This document shows positions 40,972-51,518 of a DNA stretch of 64,000 bases, piece by piece. The DNA is from Nitrospirota bacterium (GTDB taxonomy: Bacteria; Nitrospirota; Thermodesulfovibrionia; Thermodesulfovibrionales; Dissulfurispiraceae). Numbering within the stretch: the stretch's first letter is position 1; every line of letters begins with the position of its first letter. The notes below the pieces were generated by a model. The model was not told the DNA's origin, did not search any database, and worked only from the letters and a program-made list of their open reading frames with translations. The stretch lies in assembly GCA_040754455.1 (NCBI GenBank), contig JBFMCP010000011.1:1-64000 (forward strand), read 5' to 3'. Position numbers and translations under genes: made by a program.

Positions 40972-41025
40972 AAAGTTACAAAAAGAGCTTGAAATTAATC
41001 GTCCTGCTTCGAAACACTAATCTCG

Positions 41026-42594
41026 CTACTCTTTTTCCTTCAGCAGCTTGTAATCAATGCTGTCCACCAACGCCTGCCAGGATGCTTCGATGATGTTTTC
41101 GGAGACGCCGACGGTGCCCCATTTGTGGACTTCATCGCCTGATTCGATGAGGACGCGCACGCGGGCGGCAGTACCTTTGCCTGCGGCGAGGACGCGGACT
41201 TTATAGTCGTAGAGTTTTACTTTCTTGAGCTCGGGATAGAATTTTTCGAGCGCCTTTCTCAGCGCATGGTCGAGCGCGTTCACCGGGCCGTTGCCGGTTG
41301 CGGCGGTGTGCTCGATATGTTTACCGACTTTGACCATGATGGTCGCTTCGCTGATAGGGGGTTCGCCCTCTTTCCGCTTTTCATCGATGACCCTGAATCC
41401 GATGAGGTCAAAGAATCTTCTATGGAGTCCCAGCGCTTTCTTGATCAGAAGCTCGAATGATGCCTCTGCGCCCTCGAACTGGAAGCCCTGGTGCTCCAGC
41501 TCTTTCATACTGTCGAGGATTCCCTGGACCTCCGGTGAATCAGCTTTCAGATTGATCTTGAACTCCTGGGCTTTTCTGAGAATATTGCTCTTGCCGGCGA
41601 GATCGGATACGAGCACCCTCTGTGAGTTGCCGACGAGCTCGGGCCTGATGTGCTCATACGTCTCCGGCCTCTTCTGTATAGCGCTCACATGCATGCCGCC
41701 TTTATGGGCAAAGGCGCTGTCGCCGACAAAAGGCTGCCGCTTGAAGTGCCGCATGTTCGAAATCTCGTTCACGTACCGTGACACTTCACGTAATTTTTTC
41801 AGATCCTCGCCGCTCACGGCCTTATATCCCATCTTCAGCTGGAGATTCGGGATGATCGAGCAGAGGTTGGCATTGCCGCACCGTTCGCCGATGCCGTTGA
41901 TGGTCCCCTGCACCTGCACGGCACCGAGCTCTACGGCAATCAATGAATTTGCTACAGCACATTCGGAATCGTTGTGGGCATGGATGCCGATCGGAGCCTT
42001 CACTTTCTTGCCGACGTCCTGGACGATCTTTCTGATCTCTGGCGGGAGCGTGCCGCCGTTGGTGTCGCAGAGTACGAGGCAGTCAGCACCTGCGTCCTGC
42101 GCAGCAAGAAGACACTTCACCGCATACAAGGGATTGTCTTTATAGCCGTCGAAAAAGTGCTCTGCATCAAAAAAAACTTTCTCGGCATGCTTTTTAAGGA
42201 AGGTAATGGAATCATAGATGATATCGAGATTCTCCAGAAGGGTGGCCTTCAGCGCCTCTTTCACATGAAAGTCCCAGGTCTTGCCGAAGATGGTGATGAC
42301 CGGCGTCTTTGACTCAACAAGGGCTTTTAGATTGTGGTCATCCTTCGCCTTATGTTTGGGCCGATGCGTGCTTCCGAAAGCGACGACCTTTGCGTTCGAG
42401 AGCGAAAGTTTTCTTACTTTCTTGAAGTAGTCGATGTCCTTCGGGTTGGAACCTGGGAAGCCGCCCTCGATATAGGGGATGCCGAACTCATCGAGCTTTT
42501 CGGTGATGCGCAGCTTGTCCTCGACCGACAGGGAGATGTCCTCTGCCTGGGTGCCGTCCCTGAGGGTGGTATCGTAGAGCTCGATCTTACGCAT
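41026..42594 (-). CDS. cimA: Citramalate synthase
   Basis: [51 protein letters not shown]. Confidence 0.95.
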   Translation of the reverse strand: MRKIELYDTTLRDGTQAEDISLSVEDKLRITEKLDEFGIPYIEGGFPGSNPKDIDYFKKVRKLSLSNAKVVAFGSTHRPKHKAKDDHNLKALVESKTPVITIFGKTWDFHVKEALKATLLENLDIIYDSITFLKKHAEKVFFDAEHFFDGYKDNPLYAVKCLLAAQDAGADCLVLCDTNGGTLPPEIRKIVQDVGKKVKAPIGIHAHNDSECAVANSLIAVELGAVQVQGTINGIGERCGNANLCSIIPNLQLKMGYKAVSGEDLKKLREVSRYVNEISNMRHFKRQPFVGDSAFAHKGGMHVSAIQKRPETYEHIRPELVGNSQRVLVSDLAGKSNILRKAQEFKINLKADSPEVQGILDSMKELEHQGFQFEGAEASFELLIKKALGLHRRFFDLIGFRVIDEKRKEGEPPISEATIMVKVGKHIEHTAATGNGPVNALDHALRKALEKFYPELKKVKLYDYKVRVLAAGKGTAARVRVLIESGDEVHKWGTVGVSENIIEASWQALVDSIDYKLLKEKE

Positions 42595-42602
42595 AATAAA
42601 AC

Positions 42603-43823
42603 TTATTTCACCTCTGCTAATTTAAAAGCATCATGCAATACGCGCACGGCAAGCTCGGTGTATTTCAGGTCGATGATGCAGGACACCTTGATTTCCGAGG
42701 TGCTGATCATCATGACATTGATGCCGTGCTTTGCAAGAGTCTCGAACATCTGGGCCGCCACTCCGGAATGGGTCCTCATGCCCACGCCGACGATCGATAT
42801 CTTCGCGATGTCCTCGCTGAGGTTGACGCCTTTTGCACCGAGCTCCCCGGCGATTTCTTCAGTCAGCTTTAATGCCTTCTTGCTGTCGGTCTTCGGCAGC
42901 GTAAACGATATATCGGCTTCCTTGCCGTCGCTGCTCACATTCTGGACGATCATGTCTACGATGATGTTCGCATCCGCAATCGTCTTGAACAGCTTCGCGG
43001 CAACACCCGGCTTATCAGGCACCCCCCTCACCGTGATCTTCGCCTGGTTCTTGTCGTATGCAACGCCTGAAACAACAACCTTCTCCATATCCTTATCCTC
43101 CTTGGTCACCAGTGTTCCGGGATTGTCGTTGAAGCTCGAGCGGACCACCACCGGCACCTCGTATTTCATGGCAAATTCGACCGACCTCGTCTGGAGCACT
43201 TTTGCGCCGAGGCTCGCGAGTTCGAGCATCTCTTCGAACGAGATCTTCTCGAGTTTCCGCGCCTCGGAAACGATGTTCGGGTCCGTAGTATAGACGCCGT
43301 CGACGTCGGTATAGATTTCGCAGAGATCGGCATCCAGCGCCGAAGCGATCGCAACAGCGGAGAGGTCAGAACCTCCCCTGCCGAGTGTCGTTACATCCTC
43401 GCCTTCGGTGATACCCTGGAAGCCGGCGACGATAACGACATAGCCGTCATTCAGCGCCTTCTTCGCCCGTTCGGCGGTAATCTTCTCTATCTTCGCTTTT
43501 GTGTGGACGCCGTCGGTAATGATGCCCATCTGGCGTCCGGTGAGCGCCATTGCTTTGTACCCGAGGGCCTCGACCGCCATAGCGGTAAGGGCGCTGGTGA
43601 CGCGCTCTCCCGAAGAGAGGAGCAGGTCCATCTCCCGTTCGTTCGGATTCGGCGATACCTGGTGCGCCAGGCCGATGAGTTTGTCCGTCTCTCCCGACAT
43701 AGCGGAGACGACCACGGCTACTTTATTGCCCTGTTGCGCAGTTCTCACAATGCGCTCCGCAACTGCCTTGATTCTCTCGGTATTGGCGACGGATGTGCCG
43801 CCATATTTCTGTACGATAAGCAT
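42603..43823 (-). CDS. lysC: Aspartate kinase
   Basis: [17 protein letters not shown], two ACT domains, STSEIKVS. Confidence 0.97.
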   Translation of the reverse strand: MLIVQKYGGTSVANTERIKAVAERIVRTAQQGNKVAVVVSAMSGETDKLIGLAHQVSPNPNEREMDLLLSSGERVTSALTAMAVEALGYKAMALTGRQMGIITDGVHTKAKIEKITAERAKKALNDGYVVIVAGFQGITEGEDVTTLGRGGSDLSAVAIASALDADLCEIYTDVDGVYTTDPNIVSEARKLEKISFEEMLELASLGAKVLQTRSVEFAMKYEVPVVVRSSFNDNPGTLVTKEDKDMEKVVVSGVAYDKNQAKITVRGVPDKPGVAAKLFKTIADANIIVDMIVQNVSSDGKEADISFTLPKTDSKKALKLTEEIAGELGAKGVNLSEDIAKISIVGVGMRTHSGVAAQMFETLAKHGINVMMISTSEIKVSCIIDLKYTELAVRVLHDAFKLAEVK

Positions 43824-45037
43824 TACTGCCTGCCCTCCCTGATAAAGTAGTCCATCAATCTATATCCTTCCTCAACGACCATGATATCCTTTCTGGTCGT
43901 GATGGTTTCATCATAGGTAACACCTTCGTTGTTCTTTCCGGCGCGGCTGTCGTAGATGACGAACGGCACCGGCTCATCCGTATGTGTTCTGATCGCGATG
44001 GGCGTCGGATGGTCGGGCATGAGCAGCACGCGAAACTCCTTGAACCGCATATGCAGCCCTTTCATCAACGGCCCGACAACACGGGCATCGAAATCCTCTA
44101 TAGCCTTCAATTTGTTTTTGTAATCACCCGAGTGGCCTGCCTCGTCGGGGGCCTCGATATGCACATAGACGAAATCGACCTCGTCCAGCGCCTTGAGTGC
44201 GTAGTCCACTTTTCCATCATAGTTCGTATCGAGCCAGCCCGTTGCACCGGGCACATTGAGCACCTTGAATCCGGCATAGGTGCCGAGCCCTTTAGTGAGA
44301 TCAACGGCGGAGATGAGCGCTCCCGTTATATTGTACTTCTCTCTATATGTGGGCAGCTGCGGCCGCTTTCCCTGGCCCCAAAGCCAGATGCTGGTTGCCG
44401 GTTTCTTGCCGTTTCTTACCCGCTCTTTATTTACCGGATGGTCTTTGAGAACGCCGACCGAACGGTGCATCAGTTCGCGCAGCACCGCTTCACCCTCCCC
44501 TCTGGGCAGGTACGCCTCGATCTCTCTCTCAAGGATATCGTGGGGCGGCGTGCATTCCACATCATCCGTTCCACCTTTCCACACCATCAAATGACGGTAG
44601 CTGACCCCCGGATAGAACCGTATCTTCTCATTTCCCAATTCGGCCTTGACCGTCTCGATCAGCGCCCGCGCCTCACCAGTCGTAATGTGGCCGCTGCTGT
44701 AATCATCCATAACCGTTTTACCCTCATCATCTCTGAGCGTCACGAAATTGCAGCGGTATGCCACATCGTCGGCATCAAGCGTAACGCCGATGCTCGCCGC
44801 TTCGAGGGGAGCCCTCCCTGTATAGTAGAGGCCCGGATCATAGCCGAGAATGCTCAGGTTCGCCACGTCGGAGCCGGGATGAAAGCCTTTAGGCACTGTG
44901 CGCACGCTGCCGATCGTGCCCTCACGTGCAAGCCTGTCCATAAACGGCGTCGATGCCTTCTGGAGCAGCGTCAGCCCCCCGAGCTCCGCAAGGGGCCTGT
45001 CCGCCATACCGTCTCCGATGATGACGACATATTTCAT
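43823..45037 (-). CDS. apgM: Cofactor-independent phosphoglycerate mutase-like protein (ApgM; family proposed as an alternative homoserine kinase)
   Basis: [52 protein letters not shown]. Confidence 0.9.
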   Translation of the reverse strand: MKYVVIIGDGMADRPLAELGGLTLLQKASTPFMDRLAREGTIGSVRTVPKGFHPGSDVANLSILGYDPGLYYTGRAPLEAASIGVTLDADDVAYRCNFVTLRDDEGKTVMDDYSSGHITTGEARALIETVKAELGNEKIRFYPGVSYRHLMVWKGGTDDVECTPPHDILEREIEAYLPRGEGEAVLRELMHRSVGVLKDHPVNKERVRNGKKPATSIWLWGQGKRPQLPTYREKYNITGALISAVDLTKGLGTYAGFKVLNVPGATGWLDTNYDGKVDYALKALDEVDFVYVHIEAPDEAGHSGDYKNKLKAIEDFDARVVGPLMKGLHMRFKEFRVLLMPDHPTPIAIRTHTDEPVPFVIYDSRAGKNNEGVTYDETITTRKDIMVVEEGYRLMDYFIREGRQ

Positions 45038-45115
45038 AGGATACTTTCCCTTATCTTCCCGGCCTCATTGAATTCCGGTTTAATCTTTCGCAATGCTGAA
45101 CAGTGCTACAAGACC

Positions 45116-45352
45116 TCACTCGATCACATCTCCCTCGACCAACTCTACCTCGATGCCCTGCTCTCTGAGCGACTGGATTCCTTTTTCAAGGTTTTCAGCG
45201 GTACCTTCGAGCTCCAGCACCATCTCTCCGACGGTATCGGTAACTCTCGCCCTGCGTATATTGGGCAGAACATCATACTTCTTGGCCATGGTGAAGATAA
45301 CCGGCTCTCTGATAAGCTGCTGAGGAAATGTCAGTTTCACTCGCCTCTTCAT
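45116..45352 (-). CDS. Stand-alone NIL domain protein
   Basis: VKLTFP..LI.EPVI...NIRRA.V...G.MVLELEG. Confidence 0.88.
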   Translation of the reverse strand: MKRRVKLTFPQQLIREPVIFTMAKKYDVLPNIRRARVTDTVGEMVLELEGTAENLEKGIQSLREQGIEVELVEGDVIE

Positions 45353-45370
45353 AAAACCCCCTCTTTTAGA

Positions 45371-45500
45371 GTTATAGCGTTGTGCGTTATTGCGTTTATC
45401 GCATGATAAAACAATCGAATACTATACAGTACGCGTAAAGCTTTACGCTATAACAAGGTTTTTCGCGCTATAACGCTGCACGCTCAACGCTCGGCGCGTT
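45371..45500. repeat. Octamer-like inverted repeat element overlapping the moaD 3' end
   Basis: GTTATAGCG TTGTGCG TTATTGCG against CGCTATAAC ... CGCTATAACGCTGCACGCTCAACGC. Confidence 0.65.
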
Positions 45501-45773
45501 GCTGCCTCCCGCAATGGCCGGGACAATCGAGACCTCGTCACCGTCCTTCACCTTCGTCTGCTCCGCCTGCAGAAAGCGTATATCTTCCTCGTTCACATAA
45601 ATATTGACAAACCTTCTGACCTTGCCACCCTCGGAAATCCTCTCGGCAATGCCGGGATACTTTGTCTCAAGGTCATTGATGAGTTCCAGTATCGTGCCCG
45701 CCTTCCCCTCAACCTCTTCCTTTCCCTGCGTCAGTCTCTGAAGGGGTGTCGGAATCCTTACTTTTACTGCCAT
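45468..45773 (-). CDS. MoaD/ThiS/CysO-type ubiquitin-like sulfur carrier with a C-terminal extension
   Basis: VRIPTPL, RRFVNIYVNEEDIRFL, SIVPAIAGG followed by SNAPSVERAAL. Confidence 0.93.
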   Translation of the reverse strand: MAVKVRIPTPLQRLTQGKEEVEGKAGTILELINDLETKYPGIAERISEGGKVRRFVNIYVNEEDIRFLQAEQTKVKDGDEVSIVPAIAGGSNAPSVERAAL

Positions 45774-45785
45774 GTGACCACCTCC

Positions 45786-45872
45786 CAATTACAAAATTTA
45801 AAAATCAAAATGAAAAATGCAAAATTATGGAGTTCCGCATCTTTACTTTTTTCATTTTGCACTTTGAATTTT
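45786..45872. repeat. AT-rich heptamer inverted element
   Basis: TCAAAAT GAAAAAT GCAAAAT against TTTTTC ATTTTGC ACTTTGA ATTTT. Confidence 0.7.
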
Positions 45873-47093
45873 ATTGAGCACCGCTTCAAAGGCGCCGAGG
45901 TTCGGCTTTATGTGATGCACTGCCGTAGTATGTCCGGTGAGGGCTTCCTGTGTTTTTAGCCCGTTTCCGGTAATACAAATGACCGTTGTTTCATGCTTTC
46001 CGATCCTGCCCTGCTCGATCAGCTTCTTTGTCGTGGCGACGGTGACGCCGCCCGCAGTCTCTGCGAAGATGCCTTCCGTCCGCGCAAGCAGTTTCATTCC
46101 TTCGATGATCTCTTCATCGGAGACATCCTCGCCGTATCCGCCGGTCTCCTTGACGATACGGCTTGCGTAAAAGCCGTCTGCGGGATTGCCGATGGCAAGC
46201 GATTTCGCGACCGTCTGGGGTCTGACCGGCCGAATAATATCAGTGCCCTGCTTTATGGCAGCCGTAATCGGAGAACAGCCGGTCGCCTGGGCGGCAAACA
46301 CCTTCGTATCGAGTCCTTTGATGATGCCGATCTCCTTGAACTCCTTGAAGGCTTTCCATACCTTGGTGAGCAGCGACCCGCTTGCGCAGGGAACGACGAC
46401 ATTATCCGGCGCCTTCCATCCCAGCTGCTCGATGATCTCGAAGCCCTGGCTCTTCGATCCTTCGGCATAAAAGGGCCGTATATTGATGTTGACAAAGGCC
46501 CAGCGGTACTTGTTCGCTATTTCGCTGCAGAGCCTGTTCACCTCGTCGTAGTTGCCGTCGACGGCAACTACATTCGGCTCATAGACGAGTGAGGCGATGA
46601 TTTTAGTCGGCTCCAGTGTTGCGGGAATAAAGACAAAACGCTTGAACCCCGCCGTCGCCCCATGGGCGGAAACGGAATGCGCAAGGTTGCCGGTAGAAGC
46701 GCAGGCGACTGTGTCGAAGCCGAATTCCTTCGCTTTGGTAAGGGCGACGGCAACCACCCTGTCTTTAAATGATAAGGTAGGATGGACCACAGTGTCATCT
46801 TTGACGTACAGTTCTTTGACGCCGAGCTCCTTTGCAAGGTTATCGGCCTTTACCAGAGGAGTGAATCCTGAGTTCAGACCGACCCGGGGCTCGCCATCAA
46901 TGGGTAGCAGTTCTTTATAGCGCCAGAGATTTTTCCCTCTCTTTTCGATCGCTTTTCGGTTAAGCACTTGCTGAATCCCTTTGTAGTCATAACTGACTTC
47001 GAGAGGGCCAAAACAGAATTCGCAGACATATATAGGTTCAACAGGATACTCCCTGCCGCATTCTCTGCACTTAAGACCTTTCACATATCCCAT
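45852..47093 (-). CDS. thrC: Threonine synthase-like PLP enzyme
   Basis: N-terminal CRECG...CEFC, PTLSFKDR (PLP Lys), ASTGNLA, EGSK, P.ASGSL, ITGNGLK. Confidence 0.9.
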   Translation of the reverse strand: MGYVKGLKCRECGREYPVEPIYVCEFCFGPLEVSYDYKGIQQVLNRKAIEKRGKNLWRYKELLPIDGEPRVGLNSGFTPLVKADNLAKELGVKELYVKDDTVVHPTLSFKDRVVAVALTKAKEFGFDTVACASTGNLAHSVSAHGATAGFKRFVFIPATLEPTKIIASLVYEPNVVAVDGNYDEVNRLCSEIANKYRWAFVNINIRPFYAEGSKSQGFEIIEQLGWKAPDNVVVPCASGSLLTKVWKAFKEFKEIGIIKGLDTKVFAAQATGCSPITAAIKQGTDIIRPVRPQTVAKSLAIGNPADGFYASRIVKETGGYGEDVSDEEIIEGMKLLARTEGIFAETAGGVTVATTKKLIEQGRIGKHETTVICITGNGLKTQEALTGHTTAVHHIKPNLGAFEAVLNKIQSAK

Positions 47094-47165
47094 CGAGAAC
47101 CTCCTGTTATTCCAGCGAAACGTTCAGGGGCAACCCTCCGCGGGAAGGCTTGAAAATAAAAGTAT

Positions 47166-47194
47166 ATTTTACTCCAAAAGTGAAAGAAAATCAA
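47166..47194 (-). promoter_or_regulatory. Internal sigma70 promoter upstream of thrC
   Basis: TTGATT (47194-47189), 17 nt, TAAAAT (47171-47166). Confidence 0.6.
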
Positions 47195-47253
47195 AGCAGT
47201 TCGGACCCATTCGGCGGGGAGCCTGCATGATATTCCGAGGCCCGGTCAATCGC

Positions 47254-47655
47254 CTAACGCAGCACAAGGCCGATCTCTTTTACCTTTCCCTCTTTAATCG
47301 AAAATCCTTTCGCTACCGGCTCTCTTTCCGCCAGGCTCACAATAAGATAGGCACATTCATCATAAAAGGCGAGGCTTACGTCCTTTGCGGAAGGATACGC
47401 TGCAGAGGCGGGATGGGAATGGAAGATGGCGACCATCGAGAGGCCTTTCTCCCTCATGTCCTTCATCGCAAGAAACTGCTCCTTCGGGTCCATCAGATAG
47501 CTCACCGGCGATGATTCACTATTGGTCATTTTATAAAGCGCCGAAACCTCGCTGCCATGTCCTGCAAGGATACCGCACACCTCGTTCGGACGGCCCTCCT
47601 TGCAATAAGCAATCATCTCGTCAAAAATGTGATAGGGAACTATCAATTGATCCAT
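47254..47655 (-). CDS. JAMM/M67 metalloprotease (Mec-like)
   Basis: PNEVCGIL and HSHP...YPS..D JAMM motif. Confidence 0.93.
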   Translation of the reverse strand: MDQLIVPYHIFDEMIAYCKEGRPNEVCGILAGHGSEVSALYKMTNSESSPVSYLMDPKEQFLAMKDMREKGLSMVAIFHSHPASAAYPSAKDVSLAFYDECAYLIVSLAEREPVAKGFSIKEGKVKEIGLVLR

Positions 47656-47742
47656 GAAGAAAAAACAAAATGTAAAAAGCGACGTGAAAAATAAGGAATC
47701 ATCAATGTTTATTTTTGCTCTTTGATCGTTGCATTCTTGATC

Positions 47743-48543
47743 TTACAATCTGCAATACCCTCCCTCGTAATCCTGCAGCGCAGTGATGGTCGGGTGCTCT
47801 CCGCAGACCGGGCATTCGGGATTCTTCGGTACCCTGACCCTTCTGAACGTTACCCTCAGCGCATCATAAATCAGGAGCGCATTTTTGAGCAGTTCGCCTT
47901 TTCCGAGAAGAATCTTGATCACCTCGATCGCCTGCAACGAGCCGACGACGCCCGTAATCGCGCCGATAACGCCCGCCTCCTGGCATGAGGGGACAAGCCC
48001 CGCAGGGGGCATATCTTCAAAGAGGCAGCGGTAGCAGTGGCCCTCGCCAGGCATAATGGTCGTCACCTGGCCCTCGAACCTGAGGATCGCACCGCTCACC
48101 AGGGGCTTTTTCGCCAGCACACAGGCATCGTTCACCAGGTACCGCGTCGGGAAGTTATCACTGCCGTCGACGACAACATCATACTCCCCTATCAGATCCA
48201 TGATATTGTCCTTCGAGATCCTCTCCTTCATGCCTATGATCCTCACATCGGGATTAAGCGCTTCGAACGTCGCCTTTGCAGAGTCGACCTTATGGAGGCC
48301 CAGCGTCTTGGTGCTGTGGGCGATCTGACGCTGCAGGTTGCTCAGCTCGACCGTGTCATTATCGATCATTCCGATCGTGCCTACCCCCGCAGCAGCAAGG
48401 TAGTAGCCGACAGGACACCCGAGTCCCCCCGCGCCGACAATGAACACCTTTGCATTGAGCAGCTTCTTCTGGCCCTTTCCACCGACTTCGGGAAGAATAA
48501 TGTGGCGGCTGTACCGCTGCAATTGATCCTCGTTGAACTCCAT
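47743..48543 (-). CDS. moeB: MoeB/ThiF E1-like adenylyltransferase without a rhodanese domain
   Basis: RYSRHI, GAGGLG, SNLQRQ, DNFPTRY, CYRC, C.EAGV, CPVCG. Confidence 0.94.
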   Translation of the reverse strand: MEFNEDQLQRYSRHIILPEVGGKGQKKLLNAKVFIVGAGGLGCPVGYYLAAAGVGTIGMIDNDTVELSNLQRQIAHSTKTLGLHKVDSAKATFEALNPDVRIIGMKERISKDNIMDLIGEYDVVVDGSDNFPTRYLVNDACVLAKKPLVSGAILRFEGQVTTIMPGEGHCYRCLFEDMPPAGLVPSCQEAGVIGAITGVVGSLQAIEVIKILLGKGELLKNALLIYDALRVTFRRVRVPKNPECPVCGEHPTITALQDYEGGYCRL

Positions 48544-48556
48544 CCTGTTACCCCCG

Positions 48557-48802
48557 CTACTCTTTTTCTTTTTTTATGACGATACGCCAATCGGAACTAT
48601 TGACCTTTTCCACAGCCAGCACCTTTTGGCCGTGGTCCTCCATGGATTTGGGAATACTCCTCGATGCCTCCTCATAATCGAGGACTATTTCGAGCACTTC
48701 GCCTACTTCCATGTCCTCGATGGCGAGCTTTGCTTTCACGAAGGTATAAGGGCATACCAGTCCTTTAATGTTGATGCTCTTATCGATCTTTGTTTCCCCC
48801 AT
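48557..48802 (-). CDS. tusA: TusA/SirA sulfurtransferase
   Basis: GLVCPY..VKAK...G..LE...D. Confidence 0.9.
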   Translation of the reverse strand: MGETKIDKSINIKGLVCPYTFVKAKLAIEDMEVGEVLEIVLDYEEASRSIPKSMEDHGQKVLAVEKVNSSDWRIVIKKEKE

Positions 48803-48819
48803 CTGGCACGTCCCCTATC

Positions 48820-48886
48820 AGTTCACCGTTCACGGTTCACTGTCCATAGTAAAAACAACACCAATGAGCAATGAACTATGAGCAAA
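48820..48886. repeat. Heptamer-repeat inverted element
   Basis: GTTCACC GTTCACG GTTCACT GTCCATA against ATGAGCA ATGAACT ATGAGCA. Confidence 0.75.
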
Positions 48887-48888
48887 GG

Positions 48889-50208
48889 TTACTCTTCGCT
48901 TCCCTCAACCCTGATAACAAGCGTTTTATCGGAAACTATGGGGAGGCCGTCGATTTCCCGTATTGCGCTCAGTACATCCCGCTCTTTGGCCCTGTGGGTG
49001 AGCACAACAAGGGGAACAGACCCGCCGATCCTTCTGCCCTTCTGGATAACCGATGCGATGCTTATATTGTTTTTGCCGAGGACACCCGATATCTTCGAAA
49101 GCACTCCCGGCTCATCCATCGCGGCAAACCTGAAGTAGTACATACTCTCGATGTCCTCCATCTTCCTGATCCGCTTTTGCCCGCTGCGCGACGCCTCTTT
49201 TGTAACGATACCGGAGCCGCTCATAACACCGCCGCTCACCATGGATTTTCCAATCTCAACAATGTCGGCAACCACAGCGCTCCCGGTAGGCATATCACCG
49301 GCCCCCCTGCCGTAGTAGAGCGTTGAGCCCACGGCATCGCCTTCGACATAAACGGCATTGAAGACGCCATCCACTTTCGAGATGAGATACTCATTCGGGA
49401 CCATAGTGGGATGGACTCTCATTTCAACCTCTCCGTCGGAGGCCTTGGTGATGGCCAGGAGCTTCACCTTATAGCCGAGCTCCGAGGCGAATTCGATATC
49501 CTGCGCCGTTACCTTCGTGATACCCTCTCTGTATACCTCGCCGTATGAGAGCGGGATCCCGTAGGCGAGCGATGACAGTATGGTCAGCTTGTGTGCCGTA
49601 TCAATGCCTTCGATATCAAACGTGGGGTCTGCCTCGGCATAGCCGAGCCGCTGCGCCTCTTGCAGCGCAGATGAAAACTCCACCTTCTCGTTCGTCATCT
49701 TCGTAAGGATATAATTAGAGGTCCCGTTGATGATGCCGTAGACAGCGATGATGTTATTGGCAACAAGCCCCTCCCTCAGAACCTTTATGATCGGAATGCC
49801 ACCCGCAACCGCTGCCTCAAACCCGACAGCGACTCCCGCCTTTGCGGCCTCGGCGAATATTTCATTCCCCTCGGTCGCCAGCAGTGCCTTGTTCGCGGTA
49901 ACCACATGCTTTTTATTGCTGATCGCCTGGAGCATGAACTCCTTCGCGGGATGGATACCGCCCATCAGTTCCACGACAATATCTATTTCGGGATCGTTGA
50001 TAAGCTCCCTGGCATCGGTAGTGAGCACGCCGGCGGGGACCTTAATGCCCCTATCCCTTGTTATATCGAGGTCGGCAATTCTCTTGAGTACAATGTCGAT
50101 GCCCGCCCGCTCTTTGATAATGCCGCTGTTCTCAAGGAGAATCCTCGCCGCGCCGGTGCCGACTGTTCCGAAACCGATAATGCCAACGGTGATCTTATCT
50201 TTTCTCAT
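48889..50208 (-). CDS. hom: Homoserine dehydrogenase with ACT domain
   Basis: GFGTVG, VVTANK, EAAVAGGIP, NGTSNYIL, EADPTFD, GRGAG..PT.SAV, C-terminal ACT. Confidence 0.97.
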   Translation of the reverse strand: MRKDKITVGIIGFGTVGTGAARILLENSGIIKERAGIDIVLKRIADLDITRDRGIKVPAGVLTTDARELINDPEIDIVVELMGGIHPAKEFMLQAISNKKHVVTANKALLATEGNEIFAEAAKAGVAVGFEAAVAGGIPIIKVLREGLVANNIIAVYGIINGTSNYILTKMTNEKVEFSSALQEAQRLGYAEADPTFDIEGIDTAHKLTILSSLAYGIPLSYGEVYREGITKVTAQDIEFASELGYKVKLLAITKASDGEVEMRVHPTMVPNEYLISKVDGVFNAVYVEGDAVGSTLYYGRGAGDMPTGSAVVADIVEIGKSMVSGGVMSGSGIVTKEASRSGQKRIRKMEDIESMYYFRFAAMDEPGVLSKISGVLGKNNISIASVIQKGRRIGGSVPLVVLTHRAKERDVLSAIREIDGLPIVSDKTLVIRVEGSEE

Positions 50209-50218
50209 AGTATCTTCC

Positions 50219-51397
50219 TCACCCTTTATTCAGTACTTTCTTTATGCCTGCCGTTGCCTGGCGTATCCTGTGCTCATTTTCGACAAGGGCAAACCTGACG
50301 TAATGATCGCCGCCCTCGCCGAAGCCGATGCCGGGAGATACCGCCACCTTTGCTTCGGTGATCAGAAATTTGCAGAATTCGAGCGACCCCATCTTTTTGA
50401 ACTGCTCCGGGATTTCCGCCCAGACGAACATGGTCGCCTTTGGTGCAGGCACATTCCATCCCGCACTCTTCAATCCCTTGATGAGTGCATTCCGGCGGGA
50501 CTGATAAATCTTTCGGATATCTTCAACACACTCCTGGGGCCCCCGCAGCGCGACGATGCTCGCGATCTGTATAGGCTGGAACATGCCGTAATCGAGATAG
50601 CTCTTTATCTTGATCAGCGCGCCCACCACCTCTTTGTTGCCGCAGCAGAAGCCGACCCTCCAGCCTGCCATGGAATAGCTCTTGGTGAGCGAATAGAATT
50701 CGACCGCTACATCTTTTGCCCCCGGGACCTGAAGGATGCTCGGCGCCGCGTAATCATCGAACGTGAGGTCTGCATAGGCAAAATCCTGCAGCACGATAAT
50801 GTTGTTCTCCCGGGCAAAATCCACGACCTTCCGAAAGAAGTCCAGCCCCTCGACCACCGTGGTTGTCGGGTTATGGGGGAAATTCAGGATAAGCATCTTC
50901 GGCCGCGGCCAGGTGTTCCTGAGCGACCTCTCAAGCTCCTCAAAGAAATCGTATCCCGGACCGATCGGGACACTGATCACCTCGCCGCCCGCGATGATCG
51001 CGCTGTAGGGATGAATGGGATAGGCGGGCGTCGGTGTCATCACCACATCACCGGGCTGGATCGTGGCTAGAGCCAGATGCGAAAGCCCCTCCTTGGAGCC
51101 GATGGTGACCACCGCTTCGGATTCAGGATCGATGTCGACATCGAACCGTCTCTTGTACCATTCGGAGATGGCGCACCGCAGCTGGGTTATTCCTTTCGAT
51201 GCGGAATAGCGGTGGTTCTTCGGATTATGGGATGCCTCGCAGAGCTTTTCGACAATATGCTTCGGCGTCGGCATATCGGGGTTCCCCATGCCGAGGTCGA
51301 TGATGTCCTCACCTTTTCTCCTATAATCCATCTTCAGGGTATTGACGATGGCAAATACATACGGCGGCAGCCGTTTTACCCTGTTAAACTCGAACAT
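50219..51397 (-). CDS. alaC: Class I/II aminotransferase (AlaC-like)
   Basis: [55 protein letters not shown]. Confidence 0.88.
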   Translation of the reverse strand: MFEFNRVKRLPPYVFAIVNTLKMDYRRKGEDIIDLGMGNPDMPTPKHIVEKLCEASHNPKNHRYSASKGITQLRCAISEWYKRRFDVDIDPESEAVVTIGSKEGLSHLALATIQPGDVVMTPTPAYPIHPYSAIIAGGEVISVPIGPGYDFFEELERSLRNTWPRPKMLILNFPHNPTTTVVEGLDFFRKVVDFARENNIIVLQDFAYADLTFDDYAAPSILQVPGAKDVAVEFYSLTKSYSMAGWRVGFCCGNKEVVGALIKIKSYLDYGMFQPIQIASIVALRGPQECVEDIRKIYQSRRNALIKGLKSAGWNVPAPKATMFVWAEIPEQFKKMGSLEFCKFLITEAKVAVSPGIGFGEGGDHYVRFALVENEHRIRQATAGIKKVLNKG

Positions 51398-51414
51398 CTA
51401 CGCACTCCTCCTCA

Positions 51415-51518
51415 AAGACAGAATTCAGGAGCCAGGAACCAGAATAAGAATACTTTTACTCTCTTAAAGATATTCTTACACCTTACCCCTGGATTCTGAC
51501 TTCTGTCTCCTGAGTTCT
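51415..51518. repeat. Heptamer-repeat inverted element
   Basis: GACAGAA TTCAGGA GCCAGGA ACCAGAA against CTGGATT CTGACTT CTGTCTC CTGAGTT. Confidence 0.75.

Noticed and set aside
45468..48802. E1, JAMM and ubiquitin-like genes as an anti-phage conjugation system (CBASS/Bil-like)
   Set aside because: No E2 or cyclase is present. The E1 is MoeB-like, and the TusA, ThrC and hom context points to sulfur metabolism.
30232..51070. Long antisense ORFs (e.g. 30232-31596, 42334-43293, 43982-45406, 49748-51070)
   Set aside because: They lie opposite well-conserved genes and show no recognisable motifs, as expected from codon bias.
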